Shown piece by piece: positions 9,085 through 17,394 of a stretch of DNA of 64,000 bases. The notes below the pieces were generated by a model. That model made no database searches, was not told where the DNA came from, and saw only the letters and a list, made by a program, of their open reading frames with translations. A program made the translations under genes and the position numbers. Position 1 is the stretch's first letter; the number at the start of each line of letters is the position of its first letter. Source of the stretch: a virus; IMG/VR virus record IMGVR_UViG_3300027896_000010, positions 96,001-160,000 of that record. The stretch is one strand, 5' to 3'.

Positions 9085-9280
9085 CGTGCTTCCTTACGGC
9101 TCTCTGCATCTGTCTCCTGTGTCTACGGTCTCGCCAGTGAAGCTTCTTCCCCGCCTTCTCTTTGTCCTGAATGATAGCTTCGACATAACTTGTCCAGTTT
9201 ATCTTAGAAGGATGCGACATCTTACCACCCATTATCCCTCCTCTTTATCGTCGCTCCAGCCTATACAATCAAAAAAGTAG

Positions 9281-9637
9281 TTAATCTCTTCCCCCGTCAT
9301 GCTCTTCTTCCACAGGATACTCTCTACTCGCTGGCACAAATCCACAATGGGCAGGTTCTACCCAAAGGAAACTCCTTAATATCATGGCATACGGTTTACG
9401 AACCTCCTCTTCGACGTCTCTCTCAACCGTCTCGCCCCTAAGCTCAGGAATCCATAACTCACACTTGCTCTTGATACATTCTACTCTTTTCCATGGAGCA
9501 GGGCTTATGGGCATTCCCCAGCTACTCCCCGCCCACTCTATGTTCGCAAACGGACACAACCCCTTACCGTTCATCGTAATCTTCCCTCCTCGGCGATATA
9601 GGCACCGCCGCCAACTCGTATATATAGTAAGGGTCAT
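9281..9637 (-). CDS. Cys-containing hypothetical protein
   Basis: LCPF...ECIKSKCELW...HCG. Confidence 0.55.
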   Translation of the reverse strand: MTLTIYTSWRRCLYRRGGKITMNGKGLCPFANIEWAGSSWGMPISPAPWKRVECIKSKCELWIPELRGETVERDVEEEVRKPYAMILRSFLWVEPAHCGFVPASREYPVEEEHDGGRD

Positions 9638-9827
9638 AGAGAACCTTCTTCAAGACTTCTCCTGTAACACACTCTTCGGGTGGGAAGTTAGGCATAACCG
9701 CCGATTTGGATACCCATTTCCAGAACAGGCAGTGGTCGAACATCCGAACCTCAAATCCAAGCTCTTGCTTGTGTACCTGCCCTCGCATGAAAGCTGGGCA
9801 ATTATCACATGGATTCATTTTCATCAT
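9564..9827 (-). CDS. Cys-containing hypothetical protein
   Basis: CDNCP...HC...EC. Confidence 0.55.
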   Translation of the reverse strand: MMKMNPCDNCPAFMRGQVHKQELGFEVRMFDHCLFWKWVSKSAVMPNFPPEECVTGEVLKKVLYDPYYIYELAAVPISPRREDYDER

Positions 9828-10335
9828 CTTCTTTCTCTATCCTATCGGTTGAGCCAAATAAACGTTCAAGTTCTTCTTCATTCATGCCTAAAGATTGCCA
9901 ATGCCTTCTACTTAATAGCCTGAAGTGTTCTTTTTTATCCCATTCTTCTTTCTCTATCCTGCCACCAGCAACATAACCGGCTATCCACTGTTCCACTGAG
10001 TCTAGTCGGTCTGCCAAGTTACGGTCGAAGTCGTGGTGAGCTTGTTCCTGAAGACGTACTATCTTCATCGCCAAAGTCTCTATCAAGAGAGCCATATCCA
10101 TCCTAGGATAAATTCCCAGCTTCTCGGCGTTAGAGTTATGCTTAACTTTTCCAGTTTCCCATCTAGGCCGAACTTTGATACAGTTACCATTCCCCCTCCC
10201 TGTCCAAATCGGGCTAATCCTGCCGCCTGTAAATCTCCTAATTCGATTCCAGAACCACCATTGAAACATTTGCCAGTTTGTTGCAGGATTCATGGCTTCC
10301 TCCCGTCCGGTGAAAAATCCCAATGCAAATATCAT
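9805..10335 (-). CDS. hypothetical protein
   Basis: ORF with SD GGAGGTG inside a 25-bp repeat. Confidence 0.6.
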   Translation of the reverse strand: MIFALGFFTGREEAMNPATNWQMFQWWFWNRIRRFTGGRISPIWTGRGNGNCIKVRPRWETGKVKHNSNAEKLGIYPRMDMALLIETLAMKIVRLQEQAHHDFDRNLADRLDSVEQWIAGYVAGGRIEKEEWDKKEHFRLLSRRHWQSLGMNEEELERLFGSTDRIEKEDDENESM

Positions 10336-10337
10336 CT

Positions 10338-10362
10338 CTCCACCTCCGCTCTAATCGTCATC
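10338..10362. repeat. 25-bp exact direct repeat, copy 1 (copy 2 at 10844..10868)
   Basis: ctccacctccgctctaatcgtcatc at both positions. Confidence 0.85.
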
Positions 10363-10376
10363 TCACCACACCACCC

Positions 10377-10544
10377 TCAAATCGAATCCCTCGCTTTGTG
10401 GCACAGATTCGCGACACATCTCTTGCAAAGATGAATCCCGCGCCAGCCTTCCCAATATTCTTTCATCGCCCTACCGCAGTTCGAGCATTGTGGGGTCGCT
10501 TGTGTGGAACGTCTTTTAACAAAATCCCAAGTATGATATTTCAC
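10377..10544 (-). CDS. 55-aa CxxC...CxxC protein (below ORF-track cutoff)
   Basis: GTG start overlapping upstream TGA; MKYHTWDFVKRRSTQATPQCSNCGRAMKEYWEGWRGIHLCKRCVANLCHKARDSI. Confidence 0.6.
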   Translation of the reverse strand: MKYHTWDFVKRRSTQATPQCSNCGRAMKEYWEGWRGIHLCKRCVANLCHKARDSI

Positions 10545-10840
10545 TCACTCACCTCGCCGGTGCCTTTGCAGGTGGGACACTCTTTTTTATTCTCAATCCC
10601 AGATATGATTTCCCAAACAACTCCTCCCGTCCCTCCGCAGTCGGGGCAAGTGGCGTCCTGAATCAGATTTAGATTAGATTTATCTCGTCTCTTGATTTCG
10701 GATGGCAATTCCAAGAGCATCTTCCAAGCATCCAAATATCGCTCATCCAGCACAGCCTCGATGATGGAGAGGGCTTCGGGAGATGCCTTTTGCAATTTAT
10801 CGCAAGCGACATTAATTCGGTCTGCCAAATCCTCGCTCAT
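10541..10840 (-). CDS. LSIIEAVL-family protein with DnaJ-type Zn finger
   Basis: LSIIEAVLD, CPDCGGTG, CPTCKGTG. Confidence 0.7.
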   Translation of the reverse strand: MSEDLADRINVACDKLQKASPEALSIIEAVLDERYLDAWKMLLELPSEIKRRDKSNLNLIQDATCPDCGGTGGVVWEIISGIENKKECPTCKGTGEVSE

Positions 10841-10843
10841 CTA

Positions 10844-10868
10844 CTCCACCTCCGCTCTAATCGTCATC
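10844..10868. repeat. 25-bp exact direct repeat, copy 2
   Basis: Identical to 10338..10362. Confidence 0.85.
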
Positions 10869-11093
10869 GCCAGTCAAGCCAAGAGCCGTTTTTATTCTTT
10901 CTCTCAACGTTGGTGATACGGGATATTCCAAATCATCCACAGTCGCCGCCAGTTCTTCGGCGCAGGAGAGGCAGATATGAAACACATCTCTATTCTCAGG
11001 TTGCGACTGGAAATATGGTCCTTGCGTGAAACTCAAACAATGAGGACAATATTGCGAACGCCGCTCTTCATTCTTATGGTATGTCCAAGTCAT
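10857..11093 (-). CDS. MTWTYH-family Zn-finger protein
   Basis: MTWTYHKNEE...CPHC...ICLSCAEELA. Confidence 0.7.
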   Translation of the reverse strand: MTWTYHKNEERRSQYCPHCLSFTQGPYFQSQPENRDVFHICLSCAEELAATVDDLEYPVSPTLRERIKTALGLTGDDD

Positions 11094-11096
11094 CGT

Positions 11097-11309
11097 TCAC
11101 CTTCTATACTTCGGAATCGGCTCATACATTGGCATATAGATAAGACCATCGATGACTATATTTTTCACAAATTCGAGCCAAGCTTTTTCTTGAGTGTTAC
11201 CAAAACCTGCAATAGGATTCTCTCTATCACCACGATACATAACACACCATATATCACCATCACGAAACATCTTGATGGTCAACTCCACTTCCAAATCAGC
11301 CATCGTCAT
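11097..11309 (-). CDS. hypothetical protein
   Basis: DGDIWCV...IAGFGNTQEKA resembles HicB-like N-termini of phage proteins (weak). Confidence 0.55.
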   Translation of the reverse strand: MTMADLEVELTIKMFRDGDIWCVMYRGDRENPIAGFGNTQEKAWLEFVKNIVIDGLIYMPMYEPIPKYRR

Positions 11310-11314
11310 CTCCC

Positions 11315-11545
11315 CTAGTAACCATCATCAATTCTTCTAGTGCCGTCTCTTTCTCTTCTTGCTATCTGAGCCTGATGCATTCTGCCCCTTGCTTCCCAAG
11401 ACCGTTTTTGACCCTTACGGGATTCACTTGATTTGCGCCTATGTTCTTCTGTTTGCTTATAACCTAAAGCGTTTTTCTTTCCCTTCATGGCTTCACTTAG
11501 TTTGCGCCTTGTTTCTTCAGTGGGGCTAAAACCCTTATGGGGCAT
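11315..11545 (-). CDS. stand-alone NUMOD3-repeat DNA-binding protein
   Basis: TEETRRKLSEAMKG and TEEHRRKSSESRKG; start reassigned from 11623 to MPHKG at 11545. Confidence 0.7.
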   Translation of the reverse strand: MPHKGFSPTEETRRKLSEAMKGKKNALGYKQTEEHRRKSSESRKGQKRSWEARGRMHQAQIARRERDGTRRIDDGY

Positions 11546-11547
11546 TA

Positions 11548-11655
11548 TTACCATCCAACCCTGTCCAGAACTTTGATAACCAACCAGCCACAGATAACCC
11601 CAAGAGGGATACCCGCAAGACAACCTAAACCAAAAGCATAGCCATGTATATACAT
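11548..11655 (-). CDS. 35-aa TM peptide
   Basis: MYIHGYAFGLGCLAGIPLGVICGWLVIKVLDRVGW; coupled on both sides. Confidence 0.5.
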   Translation of the reverse strand: MYIHGYAFGLGCLAGIPLGVICGWLVIKVLDRVGW

Positions 11656-12014
11656 TACCTGACCCACTTCCACTTCTTGACCCTGCCGTACTTGATTACA
11701 ACCACAGCTTTCATACCTTTTGATGCTAAGTCAGCTACCACCTGTGAATCATCAGATATCTCCTTGCGATAGAAAACAACATATCCATCTCCCTGTATAT
11801 CCATCAAAACTGTGTTGTCGAAGTTGTTATTGACATTGACTACCGTCCCACTATAAGTGCCATCTTTTAGGACTGGTGTCGTGTAGTCACCATGGAAATT
11901 TATAGCCCATAATGCAATAACTACAGCCGCTATTATGGCAACAATAGATATAACTATAACTAAGGGCATCTTGGATGGCATAGGCTCTGGAAAGTTTCTT
12001 GCTTGATTAGCCAT
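11655..12014 (-). CDS. single-TM membrane protein
   Basis: Start reassigned from 12059 to MANQARN; TM helix then beta-rich domain. Confidence 0.6.
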   Translation of the reverse strand: MANQARNFPEPMPSKMPLVIVISIVAIIAAVVIALWAINFHGDYTTPVLKDGTYSGTVVNVNNNFDNTVLMDIQGDGYVVFYRKEISDDSQVVADLASKGMKAVVVIKYGRVKKWKWVR

Positions 12015-12352
12015 TAACCCACCACCTCCACTCTCCCGGTGCCTTTGCAAGTGGGACAATCATCGCCTTGCTTCAAATCATTCCTATGACCACCCCATCG
12101 CCATTCACGATGATTTATGTCGAACTTCCCGCTCCCTCCGCAGTCGGGGCAGGTGGTGGACTTCTCAGCACGGGCATTCATCGCTTCGGTCAGTCCCCAC
12201 GCTCGATTTGTGTCTTCCAGTATTTCCCTAATCTTCCACTCACTTATGCGCCCCTCCAGCACCGCCTCGATGATGTCGAGTTGACCATTTGACGCACCGC
12301 CCCGAACGAGGTGTCCAAGAGCATCGCGGTATTCCTCGTTTAGTTCACTCAT
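12014..12352 (-). CDS. LSIIEAVL-family protein with DnaJ-type Zn finger
   Basis: LDIIEAVLE, CPDCGGSG, CPTCKGTG. Confidence 0.7.
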   Translation of the reverse strand: MSELNEEYRDALGHLVRGGASNGQLDIIEAVLEGRISEWKIREILEDTNRAWGLTEAMNARAEKSTTCPDCGGSGKFDINHREWRWGGHRNDLKQGDDCPTCKGTGRVEVVG

Positions 12353-12726
12353 TTATCTTCGACCCCCTTACGAGGTTGCCACATTTCACATGGATAGAGA
12401 TTTGAAACTTCACCACCGCGCATCTTACAGCCGGGACGATGAGGGCCGTAACCTAAATCAGCATGACCACACTTCGAGCAATTCCATTCTTCCGCTATCA
12501 TCGCCCTTATGATGGGGAAGTCAGCAGGGGTGAGGTGGCAATCTTGAATGTGACAATCCACATGACCCGCTGGATAAGGTGCTTTTCCATCACAAGGATA
12601 AAATCTTTTTGCTATCGGGCATCCTTCACATTTAACCATTCTCGTTCTCCTCTTCAGTATCAAACATCGGGGTGACGACCTCATACAATTTGAGGTGTTC
12701 CCCATCGAGATACCTAGACCCGACAC
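12349..12726 (-). CDS. Cys-rich protein (start probably MVKCEG)
   Basis: CEGC...C...C..C...CSKCGH...C...C. Confidence 0.6.
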   Translation of the reverse strand: MSGLGISMGNTSNCMRSSPRCLILKRRTRMVKCEGCPIAKRFYPCDGKAPYPAGHVDCHIQDCHLTPADFPIIRAMIAEEWNCSKCGHADLGYGPHRPGCKMRGGEVSNLYPCEMWQPRKGVEDK

Positions 12727-12901
12727 GCTCTGCCTTCCCGTTCAGTACTGCCTCGATAATGGAGAGGTGCTTATCTGAAGCATTGATAACGGCACTGGAG
12801 ATGCTTGACCTGCGCCGTGCATCTTTCCATTGTTCCTGTGTCCAAGGTACATTTTCCATTATCTCACTTCTCCTTTCTATCAACAGAATCCAGATGGTCA
12901 A
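12632..12901 (-). CDS. LSIIEAVL-family protein without Zn finger (start probably 12859)
   Basis: ASDKHLSIIEAVLNG. Confidence 0.65.
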   Translation of the reverse strand: MTIWILLIERRSEIMENVPWTQEQWKDARRRSSISSAVINASDKHLSIIEAVLNGKAERVGSRYLDGEHLKLYEVVTPMFDTEEENENG

Positions 12902-12968
12902 GATAGATAAGCGTACTGATATACATGACAGCCAAGCCCACTATCAACCCAAAACAGAAATTAAACAT
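12864..12968 (-). CDS. 34-aa TM peptide
   Basis: MFNFCFGLIVGLAVMYISTLIYLDHLDSVDRKEK; SD GGGAG. Confidence 0.5.
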   Translation of the reverse strand: MFNFCFGLIVGLAVMYISTLIYLDHLDSVDRKEK

Positions 12969-12987
12969 TAACTTCTTCTCCCTGTTC

Positions 12988-13062
12988 TAGAGACAGGCAA
13001 AGCGGAGTGAGCAGGAACAGCCGCGAACCCACTTACGCCCACATCCGCTTGCCTATGCTCTA
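12988..13062 (-). ncRNA. candidate structured RNA or long intergenic hairpin
   Basis: Minus strand TAGAG..AGGCAAGCGGA-TGTGGGC...GCTCAC-TCCGCTTTGCCT..CTCTA pairs into a long stem. Confidence 0.4.
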
Positions 13063-13091
13063 ACATCTTCTTTACTTCCTAATCTCTATCG

Positions 13092-13505
13092 TCAATCTGG
13101 TGGCAGGGTGCCGTGGGATGCCGACATATATCCCGCCCTGTAACCCTCGTACCAAGTTTTTTCATCGTACTTGTTGTTGTATTGAGGGTCTGGCATCGCT
13201 GTTTTATAGGCGTAGGGATTGTTCAGCGCATCCCAATGTCCATGGCTGTAACCATCAGAGGTAACGTCTCCCTCATCGTGAGGGCCAGTAGCCTCTGGCG
13301 TGTCTGACTCGGACGTACTGGTATCCGTACTCGTCGAGGTGTCTGTGGTGCTGTAAGTACTGTCAGAAGAACTTGTAGCATTCGGGTTGCCGAAGTGTTT
13401 CTGGCAGATTATGATGGTGGCGACCAACAGGCCGACTATCACTATCACAACCAGCAGGACTTTTGCGAACGTCTCAAAGTAATCCAGTCCAGTTTTTGTA
13501 TCCAT
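13092..13505 (-). CDS. single-TM membrane protein with Ser/Thr-rich stalk
   Basis: TM helix, STTDTSTSTDTSTS linker, GY..G motifs. Confidence 0.65.
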   Translation of the reverse strand: MDTKTGLDYFETFAKVLLVVIVIVGLLVATIIICQKHFGNPNATSSSDSTYSTTDTSTSTDTSTSESDTPEATGPHDEGDVTSDGYSHGHWDALNNPYAYKTAMPDPQYNNKYDEKTWYEGYRAGYMSASHGTLPPD

Positions 13506-13526
13506 CTATATCACCTACCTCTCGTC

Positions 13527-13805
13527 CTAGTCCATCGAAACTTTTTTGATGTGATACATCACGTATATCATGTCCTTACTGCGAACCCCGCCATTCTCCT
13601 CTACCCACTCGATAGGCTCTTCTGGTCTGCCGTACTGCGCCTCTGACTTGTTATGCTCTCGCTGGGCTACAGCCTTGGCTCTCTCAAGGGTCTTGCAGTA
13701 CTTCCTCCAGTTAGCCCAAGTATGCTCCGTTCCCATCGGCCCACCCAGACCAGTCAGGTTCTCGCTCTCCAGTTCGTAGACGTACTCCTTCGCCATCTCT
13801 ATCAC
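13527..13805 (-). CDS. hypothetical protein
   Basis: ORF with SD. Confidence 0.6.
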   Translation of the reverse strand: MIEMAKEYVYELESENLTGLGGPMGTEHTWANWRKYCKTLERAKAVAQREHNKSEAQYGRPEEPIEWVEENGGVRSKDMIYVMYHIKKVSMD

Positions 13806-13814
13806 CTAGCTCTC

Positions 13815-14003
13815 TTACCCGTTCGAATTCTGGACTTCCAACTTCCCCATCTCGTACGCCCACTCCAGCATCTGGCGAGTGAACTCAGCATCGTGGAGAT
13901 TCTTGTAGTACTGAATCATCAGGTGCTTATCCTCATGGTTGGAAAGCCCAACAGCCCAGATAGTCTCACCGTATACATCCTTATCAACCCATACATCGAA
14001 CAT
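13815..14003 (-). CDS. hypothetical protein
   Basis: ORF with SD GGAG. Confidence 0.55.
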   Translation of the reverse strand: MFDVWVDKDVYGETIWAVGLSNHEDKHLMIQYYKNLHDAEFTRQMLEWAYEMGKLEVQNSNG

Positions 14004-14083
14004 GTCCTGCTCCTAGTCCTTAATCTGGGATACCCTTATCCCAAAACTCGGCATCGACAGCCCTGCGCCCTATATATTCGTAG

Positions 14084-16114
14084 TCACTGGCTTACAATCA
14101 TTGACCAACTTCCTCCTTCTGCTTGAACGTCCATTATGTAAATTCCGGGGGAGACGTTGATAATGACTGAGTCGTCCCTGTTGCCAATCTCATTTTCCAA
14201 CAAGTCGACTTGTTCTCCGTCAGAACGGTAAAGCCAGATAATGAAGTTACTGTCTCCACGATATGCCATGTCAAAACGGGCGGCTCCCCCATTAAGTGTG
14301 AAGAACCCCGTATGGCTGTCAGACGACCCTTGATACGTCTGGGGTACTCCAGCTGCCGAGGCAGGACGAGGCTGTTCAACGTGTATCGTCCACGGTCCAG
14401 AGGCGTAAGTGATGGCCAAATAATAGTTGCCGTCCGAGGGAACACTGAAGACTCGGCCTCCGCTATATTTAGACAGTTCATTAGCTATAAGTTCTAGGTC
14501 ATTTCCCTGACTGTCTCTTAACCACACAATGAAGTTCGAGTACTGTTCCGAAGTACTGTACGTTAAATCAAAGGTCGTAATCCCCTTCATCAACCCGAAA
14601 ATCGCGGTCGCTTGGTTGCCATTTCCGCTGAAGTCATAGGTGTAAGGTGCGGGAGGGGTAGGAGGTGGAGGTGGTGGAGGCGGTGGAGGCGGAGGCGGAG
14701 GAAAATTAGGCCCCTTGCCTTGATAGTCAAAGTACATCGGTCGTTCCACTATAAGGCCCGAATCGGATGTTACGTCGATAGCGAAGTCCTGTTCAGGCCC
14801 GATAGCAAGATTGGCATCGACCGTTACCCTAGTGTTGGCAGGAACATTAACACTTTGAGGTATAGAGGTTCCACTCGTGTTCCTGTAAGTGATATTGGCG
14901 GTCGTGGCAAGGCTGTTCGGGTTCTGTATGCAGAGCCAAGTCTCAAAACCGGCCCTGCTACAACCCTCGGCGAACATCGAGACGGTCTGGGGAGAAGTAG
15001 CCCCGAAGGAGTCGGAGCCTCCGTCCCACTTGTCCCTGTATAGGAAATACATAGGTCGTTCTACGGCAATAGGAATATTGCTTACTACCTTGGAACTGAC
15101 ATCCTGTTCTGGCCCGATGTCGGACGCCACGTTCACGGTCTTCCTCGAATGCGGCGCGACCGAGTATGACTTTTTCTGTGTTCGTCCAGTCGCCATCTGA
15201 TAGGTGATATTTGCCGATGCCGTTGTACCGCTGGGATTCTGAAGGGTCAACCAAGTATCGAATCCCTGTCGAGTACACCCCTCCCCAAAATACCAGCTAG
15301 TGGACAGGCTGTTGGCACCTACGGCATCATGTCCCCCGTTCCACTTGCCTTGGTAGTTGAAATACATAGGACGTTCGGCCACGACAGGACTTCCAGTAAT
15401 CTTCACCGAAACGTTCTCGTTATCCCCGACCGCATCACGGACATTGCGGGTGAATCTACTCCAAGGGCCAACAGAAACAACCTCCGACAAAACGGAACCA
15501 TTCTCATTCATGTACTGTATGGTTATAGTCGCATAGGAATCACTTGGATTCAGGATACAGAGCCACTCGTCAAATCCGGGCTGTGTACACCCCTCAGCAA
15601 AGTACCACGTTGACTGGGGATGACCAACTCCCATGGCAACGTGGCCACCAGTTCTACCATTGCTGTTGAAGTACACGGACCTCTCTACGACAATGGGAGT
15701 GGAGTTAGTAACCTTACACGCTACATCGTGTTCGCCATAGAAGACATCGTTGACATAGATGGTCAAGCGGGAATTTGCGCCGACTTCAACTGACTGACTT
15801 TTAATGGAACCATCTTCCAAGTAGTAGGTAATCTGCGGGTTCACGGAATAAATTGAGTAGCGGTTGAAAATGCACAGGTAGGTATTGAACCCGCTTCTGG
15901 TACATCCCTCAGCAAAGTACCACGTTGACTTGCCCTGCTGGGTTCCCATTACAACGTGGCCACCAGTCCAGTCGGCGAAAGCAGCCGGGGACAATGTGAG
16001 AAGTAGGAGGAAAATCAGAACCGCTGATAGCAATACCTTTCTCACTATGATGACCCTTTTCTTTGTCACCTTCCCCTTGATGAACGTCCGTATTCGCTTC
16101 GTCTTCTCCATCAT
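14084..16114 (-). CDS. secreted/surface protein with four WYFAEG repeats (DUF5719-like), poly-Pro linker and C-terminal beta domains
   Basis: Signal peptide; repeats WYFAEGCT..GF..(Y/W)L...NP...VAER.MYF; long Pro tract. Confidence 0.8.
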   Translation of the reverse strand: MMEKTKRIRTFIKGKVTKKRVIIVRKVLLSAVLIFLLLLTLSPAAFADWTGGHVVMGTQQGKSTWYFAEGCTRSGFNTYLCIFNRYSIYSVNPQITYYLEDGSIKSQSVEVGANSRLTIYVNDVFYGEHDVACKVTNSTPIVVERSVYFNSNGRTGGHVAMGVGHPQSTWYFAEGCTQPGFDEWLCILNPSDSYATITIQYMNENGSVLSEVVSVGPWSRFTRNVRDAVGDNENVSVKITGSPVVAERPMYFNYQGKWNGGHDAVGANSLSTSWYFGEGCTRQGFDTWLTLQNPSGTTASANITYQMATGRTQKKSYSVAPHSRKTVNVASDIGPEQDVSSKVVSNIPIAVERPMYFLYRDKWDGGSDSFGATSPQTVSMFAEGCSRAGFETWLCIQNPNSLATTANITYRNTSGTSIPQSVNVPANTRVTVDANLAIGPEQDFAIDVTSDSGLIVERPMYFDYQGKGPNFPPPPPPPPPPPPPPTPPAPYTYDFSGNGNQATAIFGLMKGITTFDLTYSTSEQYSNFIVWLRDSQGNDLELIANELSKYSGGRVFSVPSDGNYYLAITYASGPWTIHVEQPRPASAAGVPQTYQGSSDSHTGFFTLNGGAARFDMAYRGDSNFIIWLYRSDGEQVDLLENEIGNRDDSVIINVSPGIYIMDVQAEGGSWSMIVSQ

Positions 16115-16308
16115 CCTTCTCCTCTCGCTATTTTGCTTGCTTTGCCTTACATTATTTCTATAATTTCATAGCTTATGATAATATACTTCTATATCTGTTT
16201 ATGTTTTCCTCCTTGAAAAAACCTCTTACCTATAAGGTAAGCTTTTCGACCCCTAAAATGGGGGTTGGGTTTGAAAATTGAACAAAAAACTTTCATTTGT
16301 CTAGTAGT

Positions 16309-16842
16309 CTAATCCCTGTCTTTCATCCGCTTAAGCATCTTGGCATTGCCATAATAGAGGTGCCCATCTATCCATTTCCTAGTTCGTAATTCTAAGGGAC
16401 GGGAACAAGTCCAACACTCATCGGTCGTATCTCCGTCCTCCACTATGTTCCACTTCTTAGGATTGAGTTTCGTTCTTATCCCACACAAAGAACGTATCTC
16501 TCCTTTGTATCTTATAAAAAAATGCTCTCGACCTATAGAATCATATCCATACCACTTGAACAGCTTCTGAGCGCCATTGAGCCATTTGTTTGGGTCTGGC
16601 TCTGGCTCTTTATCCTGTTCTCTTTTTTCTAGAACTCTTTGCCGTAATTGTTGGAGGTCTCTTTCCCTAGCCAAGTACTCTTCCAAAACTCCTATGTCCC
16701 TAGCACCCAGAGTCAATTGGGCAAAATGGCGAGGCTCTTTAGAGTCTTCAAATGAAATTATAAAATTGCCATTATCATCCTTCCCTACCCAAATACCCGT
16801 ATCCTCATCAAATTCTTTAGGGCCTTCTCGCTTCCAATCCAT
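16309..16842 (-). CDS. hypothetical protein
   Basis: ORF track; SLCG...ECWTC. Confidence 0.6.
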   Translation of the reverse strand: MDWKREGPKEFDEDTGIWVGKDDNGNFIISFEDSKEPRHFAQLTLGARDIGVLEEYLARERDLQQLRQRVLEKREQDKEPEPDPNKWLNGAQKLFKWYGYDSIGREHFFIRYKGEIRSLCGIRTKLNPKKWNIVEDGDTTDECWTCSRPLELRTRKWIDGHLYYGNAKMLKRMKDRD

Positions 16843-16854
16843 CTATCTATCCTT

Positions 16855-17394
16855 TCAGCGGAAGCGTGGCTCGGTGTCATCGTATCTGGTAGACCAGACG
16901 ATAGCGTCACTGTGGCGTGTGGGGTGCTTGAGACGCTCCCAGAGCGATTCTGAGCGTGGTGCGACCCCTCCAGTAGGACGGATGCCTTCTTCATCGTTAC
17001 CGGCCTCTACAGGCTCAAAATCTACTGTTTCCTTCGGGGGCGGTGTGCCATCATATAACTCACAGAATTCCTGATAGCCCATGTCCTCGATTTGGGCGAT
17101 GAATTTGATATGGTCAATAGAAAGGCGTGTTCCTGTGATTTCATTCCAAGTGGTGATTGTGCCTTCCTCGTCACAGGGGAAAGCCATAATCTCCCAGCCA
17201 GTATATGGAACATGGACTCCGCTTAATACGAAATACCTGTCGCCCCATCGGCAGAGCCACGCCTCACCACGCCAGCCCTCAAGGTCTCTTTCAATAACCT
17301 CGATGTTACCAAACATCATCCTCATCCCAATCGACATCCTCGATGGGTGGCAGTTCGTCAGCCAATTCTTCTTCTGCCATAATCTGCGCTTCAA
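16855..17394 (-). CDS. hypothetical protein (start probably near 17322)
   Basis: ORF track; overlap suggests an internal start. Confidence 0.6.
   Translation of the reverse strand: MKRRLWQKKNWLTNCHPSRMSIGMRMMFGNIEVIERDLEGWRGEAWLCRWGDRYFVLSGVHVPYTGWEIMAFPCDEEGTITTWNEITGTRLSIDHIKFIAQIEDMGYQEFCELYDGTPPPKETVDFEPVEAGNDEEGIRPTGGVAPRSESLWERLKHPTRHSDAIVWSTRYDDTEPRFR

Noticed and set aside
7184-12352. Diversity-generating retroelement behind the repeated boxes
   Set aside because: No reverse transcriptase in the window and no long TR/VR pair differing only at adenines.
12988-13062. SRP or 6S RNA identity for the hairpin
   Set aside because: No SRP helix-8 motif or GNRA loop, and too short for 6S.
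16215-16270. Small hairpins (CTTACC-TATAA-GGTAAG; CGACCCC/GGGGTTG) upstream of the surface-protein gene
   Set aside because: Short stems in AT-rich DNA without a clear U-tract; not distinguishable from chance.
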